A DNA stretch of 64,000 nt from an uncultured Nitrospiraceae bacterium (GCA_963727805.1 CAVSHF010000005.1:384001-448000); one strand, 5' to 3'; shown: positions 1-9,636, numbered from the stretch's first letter. Notes: generated by a model from the letters alone, not told the origin. A program made the numbers and translations.

Positions 1-1160
1 ACGTGGTCAGCCCGCCAGATTTCAAGGAGTTGCCTATTCTCGGTATGGTTAAGTCCGACAAAAATACTGTCATTTTGCAGTTGCATGCCTATGGTATTCT
101 CCATGTCAAAGCCCGCCAACTTGTCAGTCCGCGTATGGCTGGCGTTAAATGCAGCCGTTATTCTCTTATCCCATTGTTCAAACTGATCTCCGTGTACCGG
201 GTCATCCAGAAAATAGGTGAAGTTGGAAAACAAGGCCATAGTCTTGTCAATAATATAGATATTGGATTTGGTAATTGAATTGCTTTCAGTGTGCTTCCAG
301 TCCGCAGAGAGGCTATAGCGACGGGTAAAGGAAAAGTCACTAGGGTCAAGCGTGCCCCACCGTGATATTAAACCGGAGTCTATAGCTCGTTCAGCAATCT
401 GATTGGTTGCAACTCCCTGACTTGTGTACGCCATTGCAGCGATGGTAAAGTGGTCTTTCCCCTCCCCAAAACTGTATCGCAATACTCCGTTCCATTTCCG
501 GAAGTCCGCTTTATTATCCCACGGACCATCGTTGTGTTCGTATTCAACCGCTCCCAGCAGGTTGCCGATCCCAAGCTTTATAGAATCCGCAAAGAGCGTG
601 CGTTGATAGTTGCCGGTCCCCACAGTTTGTAAAGCTATCCCCTGCTTCAGAGTATCCACATAATTGATATCTACCGCGCCCACGGAGGAAAAATCGCCGT
701 ACTCGGCATAGTAAGGCCCCTTCCGGTATTGCATGTCGCTTATGAGTTCGGGGATCATGAAATTTGTATCGGAATATCCCTGGCCATGCGCATTTGTATG
801 CTCATTGACCAGCATGCCGTCAACCGTAATCCTTATATCTGTCCCATGGTCAAGATTAACTCCCCTGAGAAAGTATTGGTTGGCCTTACCTTCTCCGCTG
901 TGCTGGGTAACGATCAACCCCGGCACCACTTCCAACAGTTCTCCATTGCGATAAGCAGGTCGACTCTCCAATTGTTGCTTAGTTACAGTTCCTTCATTTG
1001 CTGAATCAGCGGTGCCTACCAGGTTTTCAATCGAGTCGGTTACTTCTACGACATCCAATGTCTGGATGCCTCCGGCGTAAGCGGGCGATGCAAGCAGTAA
1101 TAATACAAATGATTGGAGACAATATTGAATTGGCTTTCTTATCAAACTCATATTGAACAT
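1..1160 (-). CDS. TonB-dependent receptor, N-terminal part (runs off the left edge)
   Basis: Not in the ORF track because there is no stop in the window. Manual translation from ATG 1160 gives MFNMSLIRKP...LLLASPAYAGGIQTLDVVEVTD...ELLEVVPGLIVTQHSGEGKANQYFLRGVNLDHGTD: signal peptide, TonB-box-like segment and plug motif. Confidence 0.85.
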   Translation of the reverse strand, partial: MFNMSLIRKPIQYCLQSFVLLLLASPAYAGGIQTLDVVEVTDSIENLVGTADSANEGTVTKQQLESRPAYRNGELLEVVPGLIVTQHSGEGKANQYFLRGVNLDHGTDIRITVDGMLVNEHTNAHGQGYSDTNFMIPELISDMQYRKGPYYAEYGDFSSVGAVDINYVDTLKQGIALQTVGTGNYQRTLFADSIKLGIGNLLGAVEYEHNDGPWDNKADFRKWNGVLRYSFGEGKDHFTIAAMAYTSQGVATNQIAERAIDSGLISRWGTLDPSDFSFTRRYSLSADWKHTESNSITKSNIYIIDKTMALFSNFTYFLDDPVHGDQFEQWDKRITAAFNASHTRTDKLAGFDMENTIGMQLQNDSIFVGLNHTENRQLLEIWRADH

Positions 1161-1228
1161 TGTCAAAGTTCTCCTCATAAAAACACATGATTTATTAACC
1201 CTTTATTTCGCTTCAAGAGTGATATATT

Positions 1229-1927
1229 TCAGATTCTTTGCCACCAGTACATACTTACAAGAGCACTATCTTTCATCCAAAGATGATCTTCCTCGTACAT
1301 GAGCTTATCACTCAAACTAATCTCCTCCCGACAAAACAGCGGACGCCCTTTTTTGTAAACATTGTGTTCTACTGCCTCGCCAAACGAATGATAAGCAAAC
1401 GAGCTTTCAGTTTCGTATGATTTGGCAAACATAAGATCGTAGCTGTCATTCGGCCATTTAACTTCCAGATCCGGGCACTGCTCAGTTATAACAAATACGT
1501 TCTTCGGTTTCGCTTCGAAGACCCTCGCTGATGCATGATTGAAGCCGGATCCTGTGAGGCGGAGACTGTTGCAAGCCATGATCAAATCATAATTCGCAAT
1601 ATAGGGCAGAGGTACGTCTTCCAATTTCTCTTCGCTGACTTTAACCCAGTCAATCCCCCTGTTGAAAGCTTCTTCGTAGAGAAGGTTTCTCATTTCAACA
1701 GAAGGTTCCATAGCGGTAACATCGCACCCAATGGCACAGAGTGGAAGAGATAAAATACCGCTGCCAGCCCCAATATCCAGTACTCTCCAGCCGGGGGCTA
1801 CCATAGTGGTGAGCGCATGGATAATCCGGTCGTGATAGTTGTTGTGTTCCATCCAGAGCTTGTACCACGGGGCATAACCGTCCCAGAAAGGAACGCTCGC
1901 AGCTTTTTTGCAGATTGTCTTTACCAT
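1229..1927 (-). CDS. Class I SAM-dependent methyltransferase (copy 1)
   Basis: VLDIGAGSG motif I. Start placed at ATG 1927 after a GGAGGA RBS, matching the paralog start at 34072. Confidence 0.85.
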   Translation of the reverse strand: MVKTICKKAASVPFWDGYAPWYKLWMEHNNYHDRIIHALTTMVAPGWRVLDIGAGSGILSLPLCAIGCDVTAMEPSVEMRNLLYEEAFNRGIDWVKVSEEKLEDVPLPYIANYDLIMACNSLRLTGSGFNHASARVFEAKPKNVFVITEQCPDLEVKWPNDSYDLMFAKSYETESSFAYHSFGEAVEHNVYKKGRPLFCREEISLSDKLMYEEDHLWMKDSALVSMYWWQRI

Positions 1928-1944
1928 GCATCCTCCTGTGGGAT

Positions 1945-2137
1945 ATATTTCTCCTTCGTGGAGGATCCAGCCTTCAAGGCTCGATGGTTCGGTAAGGAAG
2001 GTCAATAAAAAAGCCATGAATGACGCACCTTCGTGGCGCATGCCTTCATGGCTCAATTCGTAATGTAATAAATAAAACTAACCACGGACTTCTTGTCCGT
2101 GTGATCCATGCTACCTCAACTCATAATATCTTGTCAA
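1945..2137 (-). promoter_or_regulatory. Sigma70-like promoter plus structured leader with five NNGAA-pentaloop hairpins and an intrinsic terminator
   Basis: TTGACA-N18-TAGCAT. Hairpins at 2083-2101, 2042-2052, 2025-2039, 1969-1981 and 1951-1963. Terminator stem AGCCATGAA/TTCATGGCT followed by a T-run. Conserved at 34090-34279. Confidence 0.7.
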
Positions 2138-2274
2138 CTAATCGTCTCGCTTCTGCCCGTGCAGTTAATGAGTCACGCCGACCAATTAAGAGAGGCACAA
2201 ATGTGTGATCTGCAAAAAGAGGCTAAGTCCTGTCTACTTACTTTCCCTTTTCTATAATTCTACTCGTTCACTTT

Positions 2275-2517
2275 TTAATGCTTATGGTAATGAGAATCTT
2301 CTTCGTGTTTGATGTGGTTATGATCATGAAGGCCGTGATCTCCGGTGTGCTCATGACGCTCTGCCTGAGGCGTATGCTCATGTGAGTGCTCGTGGTCATG
2401 CTCATGCGCGTGCTCATGCATATGTTCATGTTTTTGATTATCGTGGGTATGCTCGTGATTATGACTGTGATTATGCTTGTGTGAGTGCTGATGATGATGC
2501 CCTTGTCCTTCTTTCAT
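2275..2517 (-). CDS. Small His-rich protein (80 aa, 31 His), putative metal-binding/storage protein
   Basis: MKEGQGHHHQHSHKHNHSH... with a GAGG RBS before ATG 2517. HxHxH periodicity. Confidence 0.7.
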   Translation of the reverse strand: MKEGQGHHHQHSHKHNHSHNHEHTHDNQKHEHMHEHAHEHDHEHSHEHTPQAERHEHTGDHGLHDHNHIKHEEDSHYHKH

Positions 2518-2747
2518 TGCTGTACCTCTCTTATAACATTTAAATACGTCAATTTCTACGATAAGGCGGCGGTTCATCTGCTTAAATAAATTATCGTTAT
2601 TATTCCTTTCAGTGTCAATAAGTGCCAAAGTTAAGAAGACAATTGAAGGCTGAGTTACTTGATGCATTAAAGCATGGATTAAATCACGTCCAATTAGATC
2701 CTTAATCAGCATCCCATGTCCTCTCAGAAGGACTGATCCGAATGTTT

Positions 2748-4724
2748 TCAGAAATCAAGGGAAAGACCCCCGAGAAAGTTCCTCGTCGGTGAGGGATAAT
2801 AAGCCCTTTGTAGAGGGTACCCGCCTATGACGCCGTACTCAGAATATTTTTTGTTAGTCAGGTTATTAAGATTTAGAAACGCCTTAAAAGGCTTCAACCG
2901 ATAAGTAAACTTTGCATTCAATAAAACATATGCGTTCTGATTGCTGAAGTCATTTGAGAAGTCGCTGATAAAAGGCCTTTCTCCTATATAGATTCCATTG
3001 AGTATTGCGTCGGCCTCTTTTGTGATATGGCATACCACATCCATAGTTGCCTTGTGCCGCGGAACATTGGGCACATTTTTCCCCTCAAACATACCTTCTT
3101 CAATCTTGGCCTTCAAGAATGTATATCCGCCCCTTACTGTAAGCCAATCAGTGGCTTTAGCTTCAAAAGATATCTCCATCCCCTCCCTGCGAGTCATACC
3201 ATCCAGGTTTTCATTCTCGTAGAGCACCGGATTGTAAATAATCTCCCGATCGGTATCTATCTTGAAAACATTTAAATGTACAGATAACGCATCACTGAAA
3301 GAGTGTCTGACGCCGATCTCGTAATTATTAGCTGTCTGAGGCAGAAGGGCGGTATTGACCGTATTGGTAATAAAACTATAGAGTTCGTCAAGGACCGGAT
3401 ACCTGAAACTTTTTGAATAACTAGCATAGACAGAGGAATTCTTGAAGTAGGTATAAGTGATCCCTGCCGTATATAGGTCTGTCGACATCGAGATACTGCC
3501 AGGCGTGCTTGGGTTGAAGCTATAGTTCGCCCTCTCATGCCTATATCCTGAGGAAAGGCTTACCCCATCGCTGAGGGTAACCTCGTCGTGAGCGTATAAC
3601 CCTACAGTCTTCTCTGTTAGCTTGAAGATGCCTAGAGACTCAAAACCGAAGAAGATGGAATCATCTACAATATCTTCATTCACTTTCTGATAGTCAATAC
3701 CGGCAGTCAAGCTGTTTTTTATAGAGCTAAAATTATTTTTGATGATGACCTGAGGCGAAATGGCACTCGTCTTGATCGCACTGTCTCCGGAGAAATTCCC
3801 CCAGTCTCCCGAACTGAAAGAAAGAGAGTCCCTTCTTCTAAAAGATGTGTCGAGGCGGAAAACGTCTTCCCCGTAAAAATACAGCTCCGGTGCTAGCCGA
3901 AGGTAGTAATCCTTCGTGTCCGCGAAATCATTGGGAAATTTCGAATCTGTTCTCGAAAATCCGGCTGCAAAGTCGCTATCGGTCAGTGCCCCAGGAAGCC
4001 CCGTATGGTCTTTGTGATAGCCGCCGCTGAAGTCGATCTTCAGGTAATCCTTCACAGGGTAGACAGTATGAAAATCGAAATCTCTAGCCACGGTTTTGCT
4101 GTTGTCCCTGTATCCGTCGGATGCAAGATAATTCCCCGACAGATGCAGCGATAGATCCTTCAGACTCCCCGAAACATACGAAACAGCCTTGAACGTTCCA
4201 TAGCTGCCTGCTGCGAGATTAGCCCCGGCTTTTAATCCGCCGTTCCCTTGTTTCGTGATAATGTTAATAACCCCGCCCGCAGCGTTATCGCCATAAAGAA
4301 CGCTTCCCTGCCCCCCGCGCACAATCTCGATCCTGCTCACGTCTTCCAGAGGGATAACCATCCAGTCTACCCCGCTCAGGTCGGCCTGGTTGACGCGTCT
4401 GCCGTCAACGAGTACCAAGGTGTTCAATGGTGCAGTTTCGCCAAAGCCACGCAGATCGACCGTGTAAAACCTCCCGGTTCCATTGATATCGTTAACCTGA
4501 ACTCCGACCTGATTCCTCAGGAGTGCGGGGACATTCTGTGCATTTGACTCTCTGATGTCTTTTTCTGTTATTACCGAAACGTTGGCGGGTATAACGGCTG
4601 TATTCTCATCATATCTTGTCGCTGTGACAAGCACCTCTTTAAGTGTGGTCTCTTCCGCTCTGACTTCTCGAAACAGTGATAGTAGCAGCACTGGCACAAA
4701 TAACAGTATCCATATATTCTTCAT
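2748..4724 (-). CDS. TonB-dependent receptor, BtuB-like (cobalamin-riboswitch controlled)
   Basis: Signal peptide, EVLVTATR TonB box, LVLVDGRR and RIEIVRGG...LYG...GGVINIITK plug motifs, C-terminal Phe. Confidence 0.9.
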   Translation of the reverse strand: MKNIWILLFVPVLLLSLFREVRAEETTLKEVLVTATRYDENTAVIPANVSVITEKDIRESNAQNVPALLRNQVGVQVNDINGTGRFYTVDLRGFGETAPLNTLVLVDGRRVNQADLSGVDWMVIPLEDVSRIEIVRGGQGSVLYGDNAAGGVINIITKQGNGGLKAGANLAAGSYGTFKAVSYVSGSLKDLSLHLSGNYLASDGYRDNSKTVARDFDFHTVYPVKDYLKIDFSGGYHKDHTGLPGALTDSDFAAGFSRTDSKFPNDFADTKDYYLRLAPELYFYGEDVFRLDTSFRRRDSLSFSSGDWGNFSGDSAIKTSAISPQVIIKNNFSSIKNSLTAGIDYQKVNEDIVDDSIFFGFESLGIFKLTEKTVGLYAHDEVTLSDGVSLSSGYRHERANYSFNPSTPGSISMSTDLYTAGITYTYFKNSSVYASYSKSFRYPVLDELYSFITNTVNTALLPQTANNYEIGVRHSFSDALSVHLNVFKIDTDREIIYNPVLYENENLDGMTRREGMEISFEAKATDWLTVRGGYTFLKAKIEEGMFEGKNVPNVPRHKATMDVVCHITKEADAILNGIYIGERPFISDFSNDFSNQNAYVLLNAKFTYRLKPFKAFLNLNNLTNKKYSEYGVIGGYPLQRAYYPSPTRNFLGGLSLDF

Positions 4725-4961
4725 AATTTATTCTCCATTTGTTTATAAATGATTATCAGCAACACAGTTGTCGGCAAGTTGATAGCAAAAGCATTTCTGT
4801 CATCCTGATTCATTGGAAACTACGGAACGCCGACATAAATCCATGCTCAGGAGGATTTCACTGTTTGTTTGACCTGGATGTCTTATCCAGTCCCATTAGT
4901 CTTTCTGTACCGTCTCATCCTGACCTCCCTCTTCCCTCGAAGGGTGTAGTAATTTTTGAGA

Positions 4962-5185
4962 TATTCAGGGTCTCCTGACTCAGGGCAACCTACTCGCCCG
5001 CCTTCCCGGATTTGACACCAGTGGCTTTCACAGTGATAAACTTTCTTCTCGGGTACGTAACGGCTTTTCACCATGCTCCGAGATTTAAAGCCAGCTTTTC
5101 ACTGATCGAAGGCTTTCGTTCCCTTTACAGTTGCGGGGCAGTTCCCGTATTCCACGGGATTCCCCTTGAATACCTCTGTGAAATT
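4962..5185 (-). ncRNA. Cobalamin riboswitch with a large internal insertion
   Basis: Minus strand reads GGGAA...CTGCCCCGCAACTGTAA...GCCACTGG...GGGAAGGC...GAGTCAGGAGACC (B12 box). Confidence 0.9.
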
Positions 5186-5297
5186 GCCTAAAGCAACTTC
5201 AAGAATATTGTTGCGTACTCTCCATCTCCACCGTGCCATTGGCAATTAGGCGCTTCAGTTCTAACCCTTCCTTTGATTGCCGCATGCTGCATCATGT

Positions 5298-6074
5298 CTA
5301 ATAATTCTCCTCGAAACTTATGTATGCATCTCTTTCGCCTGCGTTTTTAATGTCTACCAACACATCAAAGGCCTCCATTATCACCGGGCGAGTCAATACC
5401 GCCGAGGGGCTGCCGATGCCGAGGATTCTACCACCTTTGATCACCATTACCTTCTCAAACCTCAGCGCAACATTGATATCGTGCAGTGCCATCACGACCG
5501 ATATGTTTCTCTCATCCCTCAGTCTCCTCAGGAGCCTGACCAGCTCAATCTGATACTTTATGTCCAGATTTGCAAGCGGCTCATCAAGAAGGAGTAGCCC
5601 TGCGCCCTGCAGGAGGGTCATCGCGATAAAAGCCCGTCTCCTTTCGCCACCGCTCAGATCCGAGATATGGGAATCTCCCAAGTGACCCAGGCCGACCATA
5701 TCGAGCGCATCGTCGATGCCTATCAAAGGAGGGATATCATAGGGATAAATCCCCATACCGACGAGTTCCCTGACTGTAAAGGGGATGCTAAAGTCGAGCG
5801 CCTGTGGAAGATAGCTGATTAGTTTAGCCCTGTCCCGGTCTTTGTAGGAACGAAAGGGTTTTCCCCAGAGCATGAGTTCGCCCGACTGAGGCTTGAGTAT
5901 TCCGCTACCGAGCTTGAGGAGTGTCGATTTGCCAGAACCGTTTGCGCCGAGAAGGCCGATGAATTCTCCTTGCCCTATTGCAAAAGACAGGTTTGCAATA
6001 AATGCCGAGTCTTTCCCGTAAGAGAAGCTTATTCCCTTCGTTTCGAGTATCGCTGGGCTAGCTGGAAAGAACAT
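5298..6074 (-). CDS. ABC transporter ATP-binding protein (BtuD/FecE-like)
   Basis: GANGSGKST Walker A, LSGGE signature, LLLLDEP Walker B, H-loop. Confidence 0.92.
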   Translation of the reverse strand: MFFPASPAILETKGISFSYGKDSAFIANLSFAIGQGEFIGLLGANGSGKSTLLKLGSGILKPQSGELMLWGKPFRSYKDRDRAKLISYLPQALDFSIPFTVRELVGMGIYPYDIPPLIGIDDALDMVGLGHLGDSHISDLSGGERRRAFIAMTLLQGAGLLLLDEPLANLDIKYQIELVRLLRRLRDERNISVVMALHDINVALRFEKVMVIKGGRILGIGSPSAVLTRPVIMEAFDVLVDIKNAGERDAYISFEENY

Positions 6075-7020
6075 TCTTCCCCCTGAGTAGGTAAAGAAAA
6101 TAAGGTGCTCCGATTATCGCTGTTATTACACCGGCAGGTAGTTCCATCGGCGGCACGACCGTTCGACTGATCAAGTCCGCAATACAGAGGAGTGCCCCGC
6201 CGCTAAAAGCAGCCGCAGGGATGAGCAGCCTGCTATCGGAGCCGAGAAAGAACCGCACGATATGAGGGACGAGCAGTCCGATAAACCCTATCATGCCACC
6301 AAGAGAGACGGAAGCGGCAGTCATGAGGGCAACCGATACGAAGAGCAGAACCCTCTCGCGGTGCGGCGCAAAGCCGAGGCTGTGAGCAAATTCATCGCCG
6401 AGAATCAGCGCATTCAACGCTTTTGCGCGCATCGTCGCGACCGCGATTCCGGTTGCGACAAAGAAACAGCCATAAGGTACCTTAGACCAATCCGACATTG
6501 AGAGATCTCCGAAGATCCAGAGCATTGCCTTTCTCAGACCATCATCGCTGGAAATACTCATAAGAAGCATGAGAAGCGCCGAAAAAAGAAAACTGAGACC
6601 AACCCCGGCAAGGAGGAGCCTCTCCGGCCAAAGCCCTCCTTTTCTCCAGCCCATTATTCCGACTATGCCGCTGGTAATAACCGCGCCGGTAAAGGAAAGT
6701 ACGGGGACAGTGAAAGTGCCGAGGAAAGAGAATCCCCCAAGGATACCGGCGGCGGCGGCCAGAGACGCGCCGCTCGAAATACCAAGGACGTATGGATCGG
6801 CTAGCGGATTCCTGAGCATACCCTGAAGGACCGCGCCGGACGCACCGAGCGCCATGCCCATTAGAACCGCAACAATGCTCCTCGGCACACGGATGGAAAA
6901 AAGAATCTCCTTGGAGGTCTCATCCAAGGCGAATGGGTTTATGATATGCGGGCCTGCGACAACTGAGAAACAGAAGATAATCACAGCAACCAATACAATA
7001 ATTGCCATCCTCGCCTTCAT
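6058..7020 (-). CDS. ABC transporter permease, FecCD/BtuC family
   Basis: RNPLADPYVLGISSGA and GMIGFIGLLVPHIVR motifs. Confidence 0.92.
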   Translation of the reverse strand: MKARMAIIVLVAVIIFCFSVVAGPHIINPFALDETSKEILFSIRVPRSIVAVLMGMALGASGAVLQGMLRNPLADPYVLGISSGASLAAAAGILGGFSFLGTFTVPVLSFTGAVITSGIVGIMGWRKGGLWPERLLLAGVGLSFLFSALLMLLMSISSDDGLRKAMLWIFGDLSMSDWSKVPYGCFFVATGIAVATMRAKALNALILGDEFAHSLGFAPHRERVLLFVSVALMTAASVSLGGMIGFIGLLVPHIVRFFLGSDSRLLIPAAAFSGGALLCIADLISRTVVPPMELPAGVITAIIGAPYFLYLLRGKNVLSS

Positions 7021-7850
7021 CGTTCCTCCATATATCGCGCCAGTTCCTCAATTCCGGTTACCGTTCTTGGGCCAAGCCTGTAGAGGTAATCTCCAACGTA
7101 ATAAACCCTTTTGTTTCTTACCGCCGGGACCTTATTCAGCCTTTCAAGTAGACCCTGCGAGACTTTTTCCATCATCCCAGTCCCCTTGCCGATAAATATG
7201 ATGTCCGGAGATCTTCTGATGATTTCTTCTATTGAAAACTTTGGGTAAGCTATCCTTGTTTCATCCGCGATGTTTTGTCCGCCGACGATAGCTATAGCAT
7301 CATCTGCTATACTGCCTGGACCGGCAACGATCAGTGGTTCGGGCCAAATAATAAACAGGATTTTTTTCTTTCTTGTGGTGCCTCCTTTAACACTTATCGC
7401 ACTGATGCCCGCCCCGATGTGCTCTGCCAGTGTCTCCGCTCTTTCCTTTTGCCCAAGGGCTCCTCCAAGGTCTCTGATCCCTTGAGGCAGCTCAGAAATC
7501 CGCTTTGCTCTGAATACATAAGTTCTTATCTTGAGGGAGCGGAGCCTCTCTTCGAATTCCTTCCGGTTACCGTCAAGCGCCATGACTACGAGATCGGGTT
7601 TCAGCGAGATCACTGCCTCTATCGAAGGGTTCTGCATACCTCCGACCATCGGCTTCTTTTTTGCCTCAGCAGGGTAATCAGAGAAACTGGCGACCCCCAC
7701 GATATTGTCGCCCAACCCCAGGGCGAAGAGTATCTCGGTCATACTCGGTGCGAGCGCAATGATCCGTTTTGGACTTTCGGCGGCGGCATTTGTCCACAAA
7801 AACAAGTGAAGACTAAAAAACAAAACAAATAGAACATGATATCTCTTCAC
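7017..7850 (-). CDS. Periplasmic cobalamin-binding protein (BtuF-like)
   Basis: Signal peptide, RIIALAPSMTEILFALG, LKPDLV; lies in a B12-riboswitch operon. Confidence 0.88.
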   Translation of the reverse strand: MKRYHVLFVLFFSLHLFLWTNAAAESPKRIIALAPSMTEILFALGLGDNIVGVASFSDYPAEAKKKPMVGGMQNPSIEAVISLKPDLVVMALDGNRKEFEERLRSLKIRTYVFRAKRISELPQGIRDLGGALGQKERAETLAEHIGAGISAISVKGGTTRKKKILFIIWPEPLIVAGPGSIADDAIAIVGGQNIADETRIAYPKFSIEEIIRRSPDIIFIGKGTGMMEKVSQGLLERLNKVPAVRNKRVYYVGDYLYRLGPRTVTGIEELARYMEER

Positions 7851-7967
7851 CTGTCTCCCCCCAAATAATTCACTTTTAAAAGTTTCAGCATGTGGAGCGT
7901 AATAAATCTCCGTGTCGAATCATATTTCGATATCGTCGAAGTAGTGGAACCGATATACATGCACATA

Positions 7968-8210
7968 TCAGTCCTGTGCAGTTTTCCGGAACAAGGTATT
8001 GTTTATTATTTCGAGTACGTAATCGTAACCCTCTTCAGTATGGGGTATGCTGCATCCTGAACAGTCCTTAATATCGTCTCTCATTACAAAGTCGCCGGAG
8101 CAGTCCAACAAGTAAAGCGGACACCAGCAAAAGAGACATGATTTCCAATCTCCAAGGTCGTGGCAAGGGTAAAAAAAGCAGTCGTTGTGAATGAAATATT
8201 TGTAATTCAT
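7968..8210 (-). CDS. Cysteine-rich small-domain protein
   Basis: CFFYPCH...CLFCWCPLY...DCSGCSIPH pattern, typical of the small zinc-finger-like proteins found with cbiZ/cob genes. Confidence 0.75.
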   Translation of the reverse strand: MNYKYFIHNDCFFYPCHDLGDWKSCLFCWCPLYLLDCSGDFVMRDDIKDCSGCSIPHTEEGYDYVLEIINNTLFRKTAQD

Positions 8211-8283
8211 ATCACACCTCCGTCGTGGTTACTCGTTCTGGTTCCTGATCAGTCGCGACTCGTACCAGAAAATTCCCATCTAA

Positions 8284-9108
8284 TCATTTCTCCGCTTTTT
8301 TGAATCCATTCTGTTTGCCCAGTGCCTCAACCACAGCCTCATAAACTGCCTTGCCTATCAGTTCCCCGAGCCGACTATGTCCGCCGGTGTATGTTGCCTT
8401 CGGCCCTATAGTGCCCGAAACAACAATGACACTGTCTGTACCGGTTCCCGTCGCCTGGACGGTTTTAGTGTAGGTGCTTGGCACCTTCAAATCCTCAAAG
8501 GCGGCCGTCTTGGCCTCGGTTACTGTAACGATAGCCCTCGCCATAGCCCCGTCGGTGAGACGTGCATTGGTCAAGATCATGATATTCACCGTGCCGTGCG
8601 GCTCCTCTCCCTCAATATTCTTACCCTCGTCAACACCGGTTCTAATGGCATTAGTTTTCGCTCCTGCGGTAACCAATGCGGTAACAACAAACGGCTTATA
8701 CTCTTTTGTGACGACGGCAAGATTATCCATATCAGCAGCCGTGGACATCTGCGCCAGGTCCGTGCTTTTCAGTCCAAGATCCCTTGCAATCTTTGCCTGA
8801 ACCTGCATGACATACTCCTTTCCGCTACAACTGTCTGCAGTCGTGCACTCTTTACTTAACTTTTCCCATAACAACGGATCGGCGGCGTGATTCATGGCCA
8901 CCATTGCTTCAATAAAGCCATCGGTGGTGGAAAGAGTTCGGCGCCGTTCGGGAAAGCGGACAATCAGCGTCTTTTCCCACAAGCTGTCTCGTTCCGACTT
9001 GATGACTGATGCCGTGGCATTGAGGTCGCGTGTCAGGGGAATATCTCCAGCCAGCACCATCGCAGGGATCAACAAAAGGGTCATTATCGATACAATCAAC
9101 TTCTTCAT
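8284..9108 (-). CDS. cbiZ: Adenosylcobinamide amidohydrolase family protein with signal peptide
   Basis: VTAGAKTNA, GTVNI, TEAKTAA and ATGTGTD motifs. N-terminus MKKLIVSIMTLLLIPAMVLA-G. Confidence 0.85.
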   Translation of the reverse strand: MKKLIVSIMTLLLIPAMVLAGDIPLTRDLNATASVIKSERDSLWEKTLIVRFPERRRTLSTTDGFIEAMVAMNHAADPLLWEKLSKECTTADSCSGKEYVMQVQAKIARDLGLKSTDLAQMSTAADMDNLAVVTKEYKPFVVTALVTAGAKTNAIRTGVDEGKNIEGEEPHGTVNIMILTNARLTDGAMARAIVTVTEAKTAAFEDLKVPSTYTKTVQATGTGTDSVIVVSGTIGPKATYTGGHSRLGELIGKAVYEAVVEALGKQNGFKKAEK

Positions 9109-9300
9109 GTGATACCTCCTTATATTCCAAATTCCGTTCAGTGCCGCTATTTTATGCCACTTAAGGTTATCGTAAGCTCAGCCCAATAGAGTTCCGGGGT
9201 TACATCATATGCAAACCAACTGACGGAATAAAATGGAAGGTGCGCGGCAATAGTGAAGCAGCGTGGTGCACTTTATTCATTTTCTGCTTCTCCTGAAAAT

Positions 9301-9334
9301 AAAAAAATCCCCAAGGCAAAATGCCCTGAGGATT
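9301..9334 (-). terminator. Intrinsic terminator in the riboswitch expression platform
   Basis: AATCCTCAGGGCA-TTT-TGCCTTGGGGATT stem followed by a T-run on the minus strand, between the riboswitch and cbiZ. Confidence 0.7.
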
Positions 9335-9473
9335 GCACCCTGATTTACTTCATCCTCTTTCCTTCCAGCCATGGCAAGGAGGGTTGATGAGTGAATGTTG
9401 AGTGGGGAACGGGGTATTCTTTAGGAGTGCCCTAATGATCTTCCCGTCATCAGCAACATGTCACTGAGTATCA

Positions 9474-9636
9474 CAGGCAGGTCTTCTGGCTATCGGATCT
9501 TCCTACTCACCAGCCTTCCCAGAGTTTTCCTCCAGTGGCTCAGTTGGCTTTCGTCCCCGATTACAGCGGCGGGCCCGCTCCCGAATCGGCGTTTCCGCCC
9601 CACGGGATTCCCTATTAATCCTTACGGCACCTGAGA
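9474..9636 (-). ncRNA. Cobalamin riboswitch
   Basis: AGGTGCC...AATAGGGAA...GGGCCCGCCGCTGTAA...GCCACTGG...GGGAAGGC...AGCCAGAAGACCTGCC. TTGACA promoter box at 9667-9672. Confidence 0.93.

Noticed and set aside
1928..2056. N-terminal extensions in the ORF track (methyltransferase, His-rich ORF to 2712, IS110 B to 53754, integrase to 12525)
   Set aside because: Paralog comparison and RBS positions support the downstream ATGs.
2053..2109. Possible leader peptide MDHTDKKSVVSFIYYITN in the methyltransferase leader
   Set aside because: Its ATG overlaps the -10 box, there is no RBS, and the second copy stops after 4 codons.
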